Shown in pieces: positions 52,454-62,558 of a DNA stretch of 64,000 nucleotides. Numbering within the stretch: position 1 is the first letter of the stretch; each line of letters begins with the position of its first letter. Origin of the DNA: Polyangiaceae bacterium. Lineage in GTDB: Bacteria; Myxococcota_A; Polyangia; Polyangiales; Polyangiaceae. The DNA is taken from contig JBILLK010000027.1 of NCBI GenBank assembly GCA_044376115.1, forward strand, positions 64,001-128,000, in the 5' to 3' direction. The position numbers and the translations under genes were made by a program. The notes under the pieces were generated by a model. That model worked only from the letters and a program-made list of their open reading frames with translations. It made no database searches and was not told the DNA's origin.

Positions 52454-52655
52454 GGCGGTGCCCCGATGCTAGGGTGCAACGCCCCTGCAACATCGGGCGA
52501 TCATCGGGCGGCGCATATTTCAGTGGTCGCAGGTGCTCCGGGTGGTGGGCAAGCCAAGTTCCACCTGGTGGTCCCCCCGCAATCCCAGCGTTATCGACCG
52601 AGAGTTCGGCGCGACGAAGACGCTATCGTGGCTCCTCGGCGCGTATAGTGGCGGT

Positions 52656-53087
52656 ATGAGCGACGACGAAAAGCCGGAGGTCCTTCCCAGCGCCTTGACG
52701 CTTGCTTCGGGGTTCTCCTTGGCGGTTCGGCCGGGGGCCGTAGAGTCGCTCGAGCTCAAGGCGCCCGATGGGCGTGTATGTGTGCGCATCCACTTGCGCG
52801 AGGGCGGACCCGACGTCGAGATCGAGGCGGCCAACCTTTCGGTAGCAGCCAGAGGCGCGTTGCAGCTCACGGCCAAAGACGTCTCGATCGCCGCGAGCGG
52901 TGACTTCAATGTACACGCCGGTGGCGCCATGACCCTAGCCGCCGAGGGCGCCGTTCATTTGCGTGGTTACGATCATCACCTCGAGTCTACCCACGGCGAC
53001 ATCCACCTCGACGCCAACGACGACGTGCGCGTCGACGGCGAGCGCATCCGCCTCAATGCTCCTGATGCTCCGCCGCTGCGTCGTTAG
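52656..53087 (+). CDS. Small gp5/VgrG-tail-like beta-strand-repeat protein
   Basis: 8-residue beta repeats (LSVAARGA LQLTAKD VSIAASGD FNVHAGGA MTLAAEGA) ending VDGERIRLN, like the VgrG termini. Confidence 0.7.
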   Translation: MSDDEKPEVLPSALTLASGFSLAVRPGAVESLELKAPDGRVCVRIHLREGGPDVEIEAANLSVAARGALQLTAKDVSIAASGDFNVHAGGAMTLAAEGAVHLRGYDHHLESTHGDIHLDANDDVRVDGERIRLNAPDAPPLRR

Positions 53088-53196
53088 CGACCTTGTTGAC
53101 TGCACAGGTGTCACGCGCCCATCGAATCGACTGCGGCAGGTGACTCAGTTTGAAACAATCTCAGCCACCTAGCTTGGATCTGATTACGCTGACCGA

Positions 53197-55251
53197 GTGG
53201 ATACGTGGCGAGCACCGTCGATCAGGTCCTTGCGCGTCGTCGGGGGAGCGCTAGCGGCCACCTACGCGGTGATGCTCGTCATCCACGGGCTGGATTTGCG
53301 CCGCTCCGGTGCGTTGCCTGGCTTTCTCAGCTCGCTCGCGACCTTGCTGTTGCTGCTCGGGGCGTTGACGTTCGTACGCCGTCGCGAGCTTAGTGTTGCA
53401 ACGGCCAATGGCTTGCACGCTGGCTTCGCCGCGCTGGTACTGGGCAATGTCGCGCTCCACTACTTTACGGCGCGCGACCCGAGCGTGGCGGCGATGTTCA
53501 TCTTCTACTGCTTGGGGGTGGGCGGGGTGCTCTACCACCGAGCCGCCTTACTGGGCCTGTTGCTACTCGCCTATGGCAGTTGGCTCGGGGCGACGCTCAT
53601 TGCGGTTCCTCACGCCAATGCGCTGCGCGACGGTCTGACGATCGCGACCTCCACCGGGCTCGGCTACGTCCTTTATCTCGCGCGCATGCGCGCCATCCTC
53701 CACACCGACAAACTGCGCCGCGAGGCTGAGCGACGGCGGACAGCGGCTGAGGAAGCGCTGCTGGCTGTGCAACGCCTGCAAAAGAGCTTGGTGGAGGTGG
53801 TTGGGCAGACGCCGGAAGGCATGGTGGTGCATCGCCAAGGGCGGGTGCTATTCGCCAATCGCAGCTTTGCCGATTTGTTCTTGCTCGGTCCGGCGGAGGG
53901 CTTGATTGGTACTCAGCTGGCTATGCTGATGCAGCTCGACGAGCCAGCGGAACTGAGTAAGCCCATGCCCCCGCGCGAGCTTCGCAGCCGACGTCGGGAT
54001 GGTGCGGCGGTGATGTTGGAAGTGGGGTCCACCGAGCTCGAGTGGGAGCAGCAGCCCGCCATCTTGCTCTCGGTGCGCGACGTAACCGTGCGTCATTCGG
54101 CCACCGAGGCGCGGCTCGCCCAGGCGGACAAGCTGCTATCGCTCGGGCGCTTGGCGGCCAGCGCAGCGCACGAAATCAATAACCCGTTAAGCTACGTAAT
54201 CGGCAATCTGAACGAGCTCGAGCGCAAAGGTTTGAGCGATGATTCGCGCCGTTTGGTGGACGACGCGACACAAGGGGCGCAGCGCGTTCGAGCGATCGTT
54301 ACCAGCCTTACTGCCTTTGCGCGCTCCGAGCGCGCGACCTCGCACAGCAGCTCGCTCACGCTCTGTATGGAGGCAGCGCTCACCGCAGTGAGCCAGGAAC
54401 TCACCGGGCTAGCGCAGCTCGAAATCAAGCGTCGCTTCGAGTCGGAGCTATGCGTCAACGCCGACCCACCCATCATCGAACAACTGTTCGTCAAGCTGCT
54501 CAGCAACGCAGCCCACGCGCTACGCGGGCGCGTGGGCGCGCAGCTTTCGTTGAGCATCGAGGAGCTGGAGGGCCAGGCGCAGGTTACGGTGGCGGACAAC
54601 GGCGCAGGCATGAGCGCCGCGGTGCAAAAGCGCTTGTTCGAGCCGTTCTTCAGCACCAAGTCGGTCGGCGAGGGGACCGGCCTGGGGCTCTTTTACGCGC
54701 ATAGCGTAGTGCAGAATCTCGGCGGCACGCTCTCGGTGGTGAGCGCACCCGATCGCGGGACGACCTTCACTGTTCGCCTGCCAATGAGCCGTTCGAGCGT
54801 TACCGACGCGCCTGCTCCTCGAACCGACGCGCCTGAAGCACCGCCGATCGGGCGCGACGTCTTGATCATCGATGATGACGCGCTGGTCGCACGCAGTCTC
54901 GCGCGACGCTTGCGCGAGCATTCGGTCGAGATCGCTGATTCAGGCGAACGTGGGCTCGAGCGCATGCGTCAACGCTCCTTCGATTGTGTGCTTTGCGATC
55001 TGATGATGCCGGGGCTCGACGGGCCTGGCGTTCATGCGCGAGCTGTTTTGCTGGGCCAGGCGCACAAGCTCATATTTGTAACCGGAGGTGCGTTCACGCC
55101 CGCTGGCGAGCAGTTCCTCGCCTCGGTCAAGAACCCAGTGCTCAGCAAGCCCGTGGATCTTAAGGCTTTGCGCCAAACGATTGAAGAGGTTGCGCGGCTG
55201 AAAAACCAGCCTCCCAAGGAGCGAGCCGATCGCGCTACCCTGGAGGGATGA
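53197..55251 (+). CDS. Membrane-bound PAS hybrid histidine kinase/response regulator
   Basis: About 6 TMs, PAS, HEINNPL, DNGAGM, GTGLGL, receiver IIDDD...CDLMMP...KP. Confidence 0.92.
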   Translation: MDTWRAPSIRSLRVVGGALAATYAVMLVIHGLDLRRSGALPGFLSSLATLLLLLGALTFVRRRELSVATANGLHAGFAALVLGNVALHYFTARDPSVAAMFIFYCLGVGGVLYHRAALLGLLLLAYGSWLGATLIAVPHANALRDGLTIATSTGLGYVLYLARMRAILHTDKLRREAERRRTAAEEALLAVQRLQKSLVEVVGQTPEGMVVHRQGRVLFANRSFADLFLLGPAEGLIGTQLAMLMQLDEPAELSKPMPPRELRSRRRDGAAVMLEVGSTELEWEQQPAILLSVRDVTVRHSATEARLAQADKLLSLGRLAASAAHEINNPLSYVIGNLNELERKGLSDDSRRLVDDATQGAQRVRAIVTSLTAFARSERATSHSSSLTLCMEAALTAVSQELTGLAQLEIKRRFESELCVNADPPIIEQLFVKLLSNAAHALRGRVGAQLSLSIEELEGQAQVTVADNGAGMSAAVQKRLFEPFFSTKSVGEGTGLGLFYAHSVVQNLGGTLSVVSAPDRGTTFTVRLPMSRSSVTDAPAPRTDAPEAPPIGRDVLIIDDDALVARSLARRLREHSVEIADSGERGLERMRQRSFDCVLCDLMMPGLDGPGVHARAVLLGQAHKLIFVTGGAFTPAGEQFLASVKNPVLSKPVDLKALRQTIEEVARLKNQPPKERADRATLEG

Positions 55252-56219
55252 TGCCGTCGCTTGCGCGCTGTCTTCCCCTAGGACTTGTTTGCGTACTCGG
55301 TTGCTTCGTCGACGTGAACGGCCCGGTTGAGTCGGGTGGTGCGCCGACTACCACGTCGAACGGCGGCGGCGGCTCGAGCGCCGGCGGTAGTCCCGTGGTT
55401 GGCGGCGGCCCGAGCGCTGGCGGCGGCGCAACCGGCGGGATGGGCGGCGATGGTGGTGCAGTAGGCGGCGCAGGTGGAATGGGCGGCGCAGGTGGAATGG
55501 GCGGCGCAGGCGGAATGGGCGGCGCAGGTGGAATGGGCGGCGCAGGTGGAGCGGGTGGCGCAGGTGGTTGCAACAACCATTTCTTGGACTTCGACGTAGC
55601 CGCGGTCACTGCGACTGTGGCTCCCAATGCGATCCTCAACATGGGCATGGTCAACGATTTCGCCTGGGGGGCCCGTGTGCGAGCCGACGCGGACCTCAAG
55701 TTCACTACTGCTCCGGATGGAGACTCCAGTGTGATCTTGCGGCGTATGAACGCGGCGAACCAGGGTTACGTGCTCGACCTATTTGAGAAGGACGGCGGCA
55801 TGCATGTCCGCGCGACGGTCCGCGGGCTCCCGATGGATTGTGAGGTCGTGGACACGATGCCGCTGATGACGAACGAATGGACGCGTATCAAGGCGTTCTA
55901 CAAAAAGAATGGAAATCCGGATCTCGTGTTGACCGTCGAGGGGCACCCTCTCATTCCTGGTGTTGATTGCGGTAACTCCGACATCGTCGTGCCGACGGAC
56001 GCTCCGATCGAGATCGGCCACTCAATCGTTCTGAATACCAACTTCTTGGGCGACCTCGATGACCTGTTTCTCCGCAAGAAGGATGTTGAGATCGCCTGCG
56101 CGGACACCGACCTTAAAGTCCGCTACTCCCTCGAGCCGAATGGACTTCCCGATAACGACTGTTCGACCGGACTCCCAATCTCGCTCATGGGTGGCCTCAC
56201 CGTTGAGTGCGAGCAATAG
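55248..56219 (+). CDS. Gly-rich lipoprotein with a LamG/concanavalin-like domain
   Basis: Lipobox VLGC, GGAGGM repeats, W.RI, IEIG...FLGDLDDL. Confidence 0.75.
   Translation: MMPSLARCLPLGLVCVLGCFVDVNGPVESGGAPTTTSNGGGGSSAGGSPVVGGGPSAGGGATGGMGGDGGAVGGAGGMGGAGGMGGAGGMGGAGGMGGAGGAGGAGGCNNHFLDFDVAAVTATVAPNAILNMGMVNDFAWGARVRADADLKFTTAPDGDSSVILRRMNAANQGYVLDLFEKDGGMHVRATVRGLPMDCEVVDTMPLMTNEWTRIKAFYKKNGNPDLVLTVEGHPLIPGVDCGNSDIVVPTDAPIEIGHSIVLNTNFLGDLDDLFLRKKDVEIACADTDLKVRYSLEPNGLPDNDCSTGLPISLMGGLTVECEQ
55464..55568 (+). repeat. 18-bp tandem repeat, about 6 copies (GGAGGM)
   Basis: GGCGGCGCAGGTGGAATG at 55464, 55482 and 55518. Variants at 55500, 55536 and 55554. Confidence 0.93.
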
Positions 56220-56246
56220 CGCACTGTCCGGCCCTCCTCTTGACGC

Positions 56247-57047
56247 TCAGTAGTGGGACCTCGGTGGTTGCCGATGTTCCAAGCTGGCGTCGCAACCGAA
56301 GTTGAAGTTTGCCCCGTGCGCGTAGCCGACGCTTCCGTTGGTGGCCACCTCGAGCGCAGCGCCGTAGGTCGACTCGAAGAACAGACAGCCGGATGGGCTG
56401 TAACGCACTCCGACGCGACCACCTACGCCAATAGCCGTGCTGCTTAGTGTGTTGGTTACCGTATTGTCTTCCTCCGAGCGCACGTCGATCCACAAGAGGT
56501 CCAACGCGGTCTCTTGTTCCACCACCAAATCGATAGGCCCTATTGGAAAGGTGCCTCCGGTGCCGGCCGCGATGGTGACGAAGGTGGGGCTCTCCAATTC
56601 ACGCGGCAAGGATGAGGTCGGGCCGGGGCGAAAGTTGCCCGACGCTACGATGGTTTGCCCGCCACTGACTTGAAAGAAGAAGGCTCGCCAAGCGCCCGTT
56701 GCAAACAGCGCACGGAAGCCCGCGCCGATGGCGACCAAGTCGGTCTCGAGCTCAATCGACTCGCCGTCTACTTCGCTGAAGGTCAACGTGGGGACGTTGA
56801 TCGAGCGAGCAAACACGCCCATCCCGAGGCCTCCGCCAGTCTCGATTGGGAAGGGCTTGGCAGGTTCCTCGGGCTTGTCGACGGCGACGGTCGAGTTGAG
56901 CGAGACCGTTGCAGGTGCACTGGGCGTCGCAGTCGGTGCGGGGCCCGCAACCACTAACCCGCTATCATCGGCGCGCGCTGCTTGCGGTAATAGCGCTGCA
57001 CCTACCATCAGACCCATCACACTCGCCAGCCCACGCTTGCTCAGCAT
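56247..57047 (-). CDS. Hypothetical exported protein, possibly a small beta-barrel
   Basis: Signal peptide ending in ARA. Alternating G/aromatic strands (GVGGRVGVRYS, HGANFNFG). Confidence 0.65.
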   Translation of the reverse strand: MLSKRGLASVMGLMVGAALLPQAARADDSGLVVAGPAPTATPSAPATVSLNSTVAVDKPEEPAKPFPIETGGGLGMGVFARSINVPTLTFSEVDGESIELETDLVAIGAGFRALFATGAWRAFFFQVSGGQTIVASGNFRPGPTSSLPRELESPTFVTIAAGTGGTFPIGPIDLVVEQETALDLLWIDVRSEEDNTVTNTLSSTAIGVGGRVGVRYSPSGCLFFESTYGAALEVATNGSVGYAHGANFNFGCDASLEHRQPPRSHY

Positions 57048-57127
57048 GGTGCAAAGAACGCGCGCCCGGCCCGCTCCTTACACGCGTCATCCAACTGAAC
57101 CGTGAGGCAGCGAGCCTCGAGCCTGCG

Positions 57128-57871
57128 TTACTCGAAGCGCAGCGTGATCGTATCTGCCGCAGGGTCCCACTCGGTTTGGGCGACGGCCGGCGTCCCGCTT
57201 ACGATCGTGGCGCCACTCACGATGCACGAGCCGACGAGCCCTCCATCACAGTCGCAGATCGCCTCACTGCAATCTCCGAGATCGGGATAACCGTCAGCGA
57301 GGAACACGAGCGGGCTGTTGGGAACGTCCCCCATCATGCAGCTCGGTTGTACGCAGCCTGGGTCGTTGTAACACTCGGCCGGCATCTCCTCCGGCGCGTA
57401 GATTTGTTTGACCCAACTGGTTGCGTAGGAGCCTCCCGGGTAAATCATGGTGACCACCGGCTGCGCGCAATCAGCAGCACAACCGCAGCTACCCAGAGCC
57501 AGGTTGACGCATGAAAGCTCACAGGATTGCAGCTCGGTTTTGACCGGGTCGCCACTCGGTGTTTCAGCGCGGTAACCAACGATGCTCGAGCAGCTTTGTT
57601 CGAGCCCGCCAATGTAGATCGGCTGCGCGCTGTCATTCTGCAGCACCACGGTCACGACTTGCTGCGGGGGATTATCAAGTTGCTGATACGCGCTGCAATC
57701 GGTGTTTCCGCCGGTGCCGCCGTTGCCAGCGGTTCCGCCGCCGGCGCCACCTTGCCCGCCGCTCGCGCCGGTTGCTCCACTCCCGCCGTCCCCGCCAGAG
57801 CCGTCTTCCACCTTGCTCTCACAACCAACGGCAAGACCAAGCACCATCAACCCAGCGAGCAGCGACTTCAT
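57128..57871 (-). CDS. Cys-rich lipoprotein with Gly linker
   Basis: GGGAGG RBS, lipobox AVGC, many Cys. Confidence 0.82.
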   Translation of the reverse strand: MKSLLAGLMVLGLAVGCESKVEDGSGGDGGSGATGASGGQGGAGGGTAGNGGTGGNTDCSAYQQLDNPPQQVVTVVLQNDSAQPIYIGGLEQSCSSIVGYRAETPSGDPVKTELQSCELSCVNLALGSCGCAADCAQPVVTMIYPGGSYATSWVKQIYAPEEMPAECYNDPGCVQPSCMMGDVPNSPLVFLADGYPDLGDCSEAICDCDGGLVGSCIVSGATIVSGTPAVAQTEWDPAADTITLRFE

Positions 57872-58007
57872 GCGGCCTCCCTTATCACGAAGCGTGCCCG
57901 AGCTCCGCGCGTCCGCGAGCGGCTCGCAGCTCGACGCTTCTTGCGCTGTTCTGCGCGCGGCTCGGCCCGGAGTGCGACCTTACGGTCGCGGTGCGGCACA
58001 GCTTGTG

Positions 58008-58487
58008 TCAGCCGCGGCTGGGCTTCCAACTGCTGCCTAACCCCCGTTGCGCCGAGAGCCGTGCCATCGCCTTCGGATTGAGAACCGTGTCCTCCTCGTC
58101 AGCTGCAAGCAGCGGAGGTTCGAGCGTTGGGACCTGTTGCATAAACTCGGCCCACTCGAACCGCGGCGCGACGGGCTCACCACGTTGGCTCGCGCGTTCA
58201 ACATAGTCAACGCAGGCTTCGCTGTCCGACCAACGAAGCGCGCCCTCTCCGTCCCCCAGCGCTACGAAGGGCCGCAGATCGAGCAGCTCAACCACCCGCC
58301 TCTCGCGCACCACCCACAGCCCCAGATCGCAGAGCAGCTCCTCCGGATCGAGCTCGGCGAGGTGAGCCTGCACGTCCTCCAGCGAGGTCGCACGGAGCTG
58401 CTTCGAAAGTGCGTCATTGGGCGCACCGAACTCAAGCTCGAGGACGTACCAACTGGGCTCAGCCATCACCAAACGATAGCGCGCCAA
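58008..58487 (-). CDS. Hypothetical acidic protein
   Basis: Open frame with genome-like codons. Start is probably 58466 or 58469. Confidence 0.55.
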   Translation of the reverse strand: MARYRLVMAEPSWYVLELEFGAPNDALSKQLRATSLEDVQAHLAELDPEELLCDLGLWVVRERRVVELLDLRPFVALGDGEGALRWSDSEACVDYVERASQRGEPVAPRFEWAEFMQQVPTLEPPLLAADEEDTVLNPKAMARLSAQRGLGSSWKPSRG

Positions 58488-58554
58488 GCGAGGCGATCCG
58501 AAGGCCCTTTCAACACCGCTGTGTTAGATATGCGAGATCCAGTTCGCCGCGCGT

Positions 58555-59112
58555 ATGCACCGATACACCTATCGCGACTATGTGGCGCTCGAGCTTGAAA
58601 GCTCGACGAAGCACGAGTTCTTTCAAGGTGAGATTTATGCGATGGCCGGCGGCTCTGAAGAACATTCGGCGCTCGCCGCCGAAGTGTTGCGGCTGCTTGG
58701 AAATGGGGTCGGTGAACGGCCTTGTCGGGTTCATACCTCTGACCTGCGCGTTTACGTCGAGGAAGTAGGCCTAGCTACGTTTCCCGATGGCTCAGTGATC
58801 TGCGGGCCGCTCGAACAACATCCAGAGAGCCCCAAAGCAACTGCCCTCAACCCGGTCTTGCTGCTCGAAGTTACAAGCGATTCCTCGGAGGAGTACGACA
58901 CGACCACCAAGTTGGCTGCCTATCAATCAATTTCTACTCTACAGGACTATGTGATTGTCTCCCACCGTGAACGTCGGTTAACCGTCTATCAAAGAGGCGC
59001 GGACGGCTCTTGGAAGAGTCAGGTGGCGCTCGCGAGCGGTCGAGTCCGAATCCAGTGTCTCGAGGCAGAGTTGCTAGTCAAGGACGTGTACCGTTTAAGT
59101 GGTATTGTGTGA
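58555..59112 (+). CDS. Uma2 family (DUF820) PD-(D/E)XK-fold protein
   Basis: KHEFFQGEIYAMAGGS..H, FPDGSVIC, LEVTSDS...YD...K...Y. Confidence 0.93.
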   Translation: MHRYTYRDYVALELESSTKHEFFQGEIYAMAGGSEEHSALAAEVLRLLGNGVGERPCRVHTSDLRVYVEEVGLATFPDGSVICGPLEQHPESPKATALNPVLLLEVTSDSSEEYDTTTKLAAYQSISTLQDYVIVSHRERRLTVYQRGADGSWKSQVALASGRVRIQCLEAELLVKDVYRLSGIV

Positions 59113-59217
59113 CGTTGTTGTGGCGGTGCCTCGGGCCCCTTTACGTAGCGGAATGAATTGACTAACTCCGCCGTCACCGGGGCGGGCGACCCGTGCCGGC
59201 AAAAGAGGAATCAATTC

Positions 59218-59754
59218 ATGCGCAATCTATTCGTTGGACTCAGCTTCGTTTTGGCTCTCGGCTGCGGAGATGGCGGCGGCGCGGCTGCCTCCGGCAGTGC
59301 AGCGGCCTCGGCGAAGAAGAGCGCTGCTCCCAGCGCCTCCGCCAAGCCCTCCGCTGCCCCGGCCGCCTCCGCTGCGCCGACCGGCACCCCGGCCGGCAAG
59401 CCCGAGGTGCTCGCGACCTGCAATGATAAAGAAGCGGCGATCTGCAAGGAGTACGTGCTCTCGCTTGGCGTCACCGCTGAGGAGACCTGCTTGGGCCTCG
59501 AGAAGAAGGGCGTCTTCAAGAAGGGCTCCGAGCCCTGCACGCACGAGAACGCGCTCGGCACCTGCGAGGTTAAGCTCGGGGACGCCGGTGAGTTCCACCA
59601 CTATTACAAGGCCGCAGGCTCTGACGCCGATAGCGCCAAGAAGAGCTGCGAGCTGAAGTCGGGCGTGTGGATCCCGGAGGCCGCCGGCGCCGCCAGCGCA
59701 GCCCCCTCGGCGAGCGCTGCTCCCGCTGCCAGCGCAGCCCCCGCAGCGAAGTAA
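59218..59754 (+). CDS. Ala-rich lipoprotein with a six-Cys domain
   Basis: Lipobox ALGC. A/S/P linkers flank C..C.EY...C...C...LGTC...C....GVW. Confidence 0.82.
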   Translation: MRNLFVGLSFVLALGCGDGGGAAASGSAAASAKKSAAPSASAKPSAAPAASAAPTGTPAGKPEVLATCNDKEAAICKEYVLSLGVTAEETCLGLEKKGVFKKGSEPCTHENALGTCEVKLGDAGEFHHYYKAAGSDADSAKKSCELKSGVWIPEAAGAASAAPSASAAPAASAAPAAK

Positions 59755-59812
59755 GGTCAATGCGGTAGCGGGCGCCCAGCTGGTGGCGCCCGCGGTCCGC
59801 GCCGCCTACGGC

Positions 59813-61180
59813 TTAACGCGTAGCTCGGCTTTCCCTCGCTCTCCGTAGTTCTTGGCGGGTCATCGGCCCGCGCAACAGCGAGAGAGCAAAGCGCGGTTGG
59901 ATGATGGTGGGTGGGCCGGGGGAGTGGGCGTTGCGTACGACAAACGTCCGCGGTTGAAGTTGTCGTAGCAACGCGTTGTAGTCCTGCTCGTCGGAGCCTT
60001 GGGCGAGTTGCATACCCTCGACGACGCGAGCGCGGTCCGCATCCGTTTGCAGCCGGCCGATGCACCAGAGCCCAGCGTTGCTCAGCGCCCGATAGTCCAA
60101 GTCCATCGGGTTTTGCGTCGCCAGAACGACGCCCACACCAAACGCTCGTGCCTGCTTCATCAGCGACACGAGCGGCTTCTTCGTAGCCGGTGAAGCAGGG
60201 TAAGGCGGTAGAAATCCATACACCTCGTCGAAGACCACGAGCGCCTGCAGTGATTGGGACCCGGGTAAGCCGCGCACCCACGACAAGACCTCTTCCAACA
60301 AAACCCCGAGCACGAGTTCACGCTCCTCGTCGTCAAGGTGCGCCACACTCACGATGGTCGCTGGCGTACGGCCGTCTCGTCGCGACATCCACGCTGCGAG
60401 GTCCAAGGTCGCGCCCTCCCGCCAGCTCGCAAACGTTGGTGACGCTAACAGCGTATTCAGCGCAGCGGCGAGTTCACGTCGGGCCTTCTTCGAGATGAAT
60501 CGGTCGAGCGGTAACGCACCGATCTTCTCGATCGGCGCATGCTCCAGATCACCCAGCAGCGCCTCAATGTCTGCTGTTTGTTTGTTGATGAGACGACGCT
60601 CTGCGAGCACGGCCAAGAGCACATGTTCACGACTCTTGGCCGGGTCCCCCTCGCGCCCGACCAAGCGGAGCACGAGTGAGATTGCGGCGCTCAACGTCGC
60701 GCGAGCGCTTTCCACATCGTCGTCCCAACGCGGAGAGCGGCGCTCCAAGGACGACAAAACATGAAGCAGCTCCCCGGCTGAGGTCCCCGGGGTAATGACG
60801 CGAACGTCGATCGCTGCATCGTAGTTTTGGATGCCCGACGGAGTTATGCCCCATTGGGCGAGTGAACTCCGCCGAGCTTCCAGCCGAGCCTCAGCGAGCT
60901 GCCGCTGCTCTTCGCGGCTCGCTCCACGTGGCATCTCCAACCACGGAGCGAGCTCCTCCGCCGTGAATTGCGGCAAGGTCAAAAGCAGGTTGGGGAGGTC
61001 CCCCTTAACGTCCACCATGAGCACAGGAATCTCATTGCGGAGCGCCTCCTCGACCATGACGGTCAAAAGACCCGTTTTCCCGCTACCGGTCATACCAAGG
61101 ATCACTCCATGAGTTACCAGGTGATGGGCCTGGAGTTCAAATGCGCCCGCGCGATCGGCACCAAGAAACAGGGCTGTCAT
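59813..61180 (-). CDS. HerA/FtsK-superfamily ATPase (DUF87/DUF853-like)
   Basis: THGVILGMTGSGKT (Walker A), VDVKGD, VVFDEVYG (Walker B), KQARAFGVGVVLATQNP. Confidence 0.9.
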   Translation of the reverse strand: MTALFLGADRAGAFELQAHHLVTHGVILGMTGSGKTGLLTVMVEEALRNEIPVLMVDVKGDLPNLLLTLPQFTAEELAPWLEMPRGASREEQRQLAEARLEARRSSLAQWGITPSGIQNYDAAIDVRVITPGTSAGELLHVLSSLERRSPRWDDDVESARATLSAAISLVLRLVGREGDPAKSREHVLLAVLAERRLINKQTADIEALLGDLEHAPIEKIGALPLDRFISKKARRELAAALNTLLASPTFASWREGATLDLAAWMSRRDGRTPATIVSVAHLDDEERELVLGVLLEEVLSWVRGLPGSQSLQALVVFDEVYGFLPPYPASPATKKPLVSLMKQARAFGVGVVLATQNPMDLDYRALSNAGLWCIGRLQTDADRARVVEGMQLAQGSDEQDYNALLRQLQPRTFVVRNAHSPGPPTIIQPRFALSLLRGPMTRQELRRARESRATR

Positions 61181-61196
61181 GATCTACTCCCAATGC

Positions 61197-62057
61197 TCAG
61201 AACGGTTTGGACGGTGCAACGGGCGCGATGGGAAGGTTGGGCGTCTCTGGCGTGGCTGGAGCTGGCTCCCCCTGTGCAACGCTTGGTTCTTCAGCGGGGC
61301 GATCTCCACGCTTGCCTTTGCCGCGAATGAAGAGGGAGGGGACAATCAACTGCGCATCGCCATCGTGAAAGCGCAGATAGTCAATCACACGCTCGAGTTC
61401 GCGGTAGGCGCGATAGGCCACATTCCATGCCGCCAGCCGAATGAGCTGGCTCGACTCGGTTTTTGCCTCGACCTGGTTTGACTCGGCAAGGGCTGCAACA
61501 AGTTGATCCGCCGCTGCGAGCGCATCTTCCACATGTTGGCTCTGTCCGCCGATCTGTGGCCCAACCACGCCCCAATTGGCCAGAAAAACGGTGGCGATGG
61601 CTCGAACGTCTTGCACCATCGCGTTGTAACTGGACGTGCCCTCGAGCTTGATTGAGCCCTCGGCCAGTATGCCGCGGAGCTGCACAAGCTCGAGCTCGGT
61701 CACCAGCACTTTGCGCGTACGGCGTAGCTCCTCCACCAATGCGTCCGTTGGCTTGGGGCCCTCGAGTTGCCACGCGAGCAGAGCATTGGCGTAGCCGAGC
61801 CCAAGTGCGTAAGGCTCGAGCTTGTTGATCATGTCGTGGTCGCAGAACGGTAACTTCTCGATCGACTCTCGATACGGCGCTGCGTTCAGTACAGCGGTAA
61901 GCATGGTCCGTACCGCCAAGCCAGGGTCGATATTCAGAGGGGTCAATGTCCCGCGCGAGGCCGCTACGAACTCGGCTTTGCATTTCTCATACGCGACCGC
62001 GCTTTTTGACGATGAGATCAGTTGAGCGTTCTGCGTGCTTGTTTGATTCGGTTCCAT
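61197..62057 (-). CDS. All-helical hypothetical protein with a Pro-rich tail
   Basis: About 286 aa from ATG 62057. AYRELERVIDYLRFHDGDA..IVPSL. Ends 16 bp before the ATPase start, with a GGGAG RBS in the gap. Confidence 0.8.
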   Translation of the reverse strand: MEPNQTSTQNAQLISSSKSAVAYEKCKAEFVAASRGTLTPLNIDPGLAVRTMLTAVLNAAPYRESIEKLPFCDHDMINKLEPYALGLGYANALLAWQLEGPKPTDALVEELRRTRKVLVTELELVQLRGILAEGSIKLEGTSSYNAMVQDVRAIATVFLANWGVVGPQIGGQSQHVEDALAAADQLVAALAESNQVEAKTESSQLIRLAAWNVAYRAYRELERVIDYLRFHDGDAQLIVPSLFIRGKGKRGDRPAEEPSVAQGEPAPATPETPNLPIAPVAPSKPF

Positions 62058-62558
62058 GCCAGTCGTCCCTTTCGACAAAGGCGAGCCCCACGGTCTATTG
62101 CCGCCTTGAGACCCGCTGGTTTTCTCAACGCCCTGCATGCGCAGGGAAGCTCCGACGCCACCAACGCCTGGCGCGCCGTCTCTCGTTATGGATGTCGCTT
62201 TTGGGGCTTCTCAGCGCTCAACTATTTTTGCGTGATCGTTCGCGGCCAGGTTTAGGCTTCGCGGTAAGCCGACATTGCGTGAGGAATAACGAATCCGACG
62301 TCCACGCCTTCACCGCAGGGTCACGCGGTAGCGTTTCACTCGCATCGCGCTGCTGCTCGTCGAGCACGAGCGCCTTCATCAGGTCGGCGTAGCGAGCATC
62401 AAAGAGCAAGTCGGTCTCCAACAAGACGGTGAAGAACGCCTGCTCGTCTGCGCTGAGCAGGTCCCTTTCTAGATATCGAGCTCAGCTGACCAAGCCGCTC
62501 CTTCTTTCTTTTAGGCTTGGTGCGCGTTCTTCACGCGGAGCGAATATCTGGGCCGCCA

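Noticed and set aside
52481..52497. Sigma54-like promoter for the vgrG operon (minus strand TTGCAGGGGCGTTGCA)
   Set aside because: The invariant GG at -24 reads TG.
57888..57990. Nested GC hairpins upstream of the Cys-rich lipoprotein gene
   Set aside because: Stems such as GAAGCGT/ACGCTTC and GCGACC/GGTCGC are present, but such pairing is common at this GC content and no known RNA motif was recognised.
58530..58557. Possible frameshift at the Uma2 N-terminus (MRDPVRR in another frame)
   Set aside because: The in-frame ATG at 58555 already gives a complete domain, so no frameshift is needed.
62218..62481. Short minus-strand ORF or possible gene remnant (…DLLSADEQAFFTVLLETDLLFDARYADLMKAL…)
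   Set aside because: Protein-like, but bounded upstream by an in-frame TGA at 62482-62484, with no clear RBS and no recognisable family. Cannot be called as a gene or pseudogene without a search.
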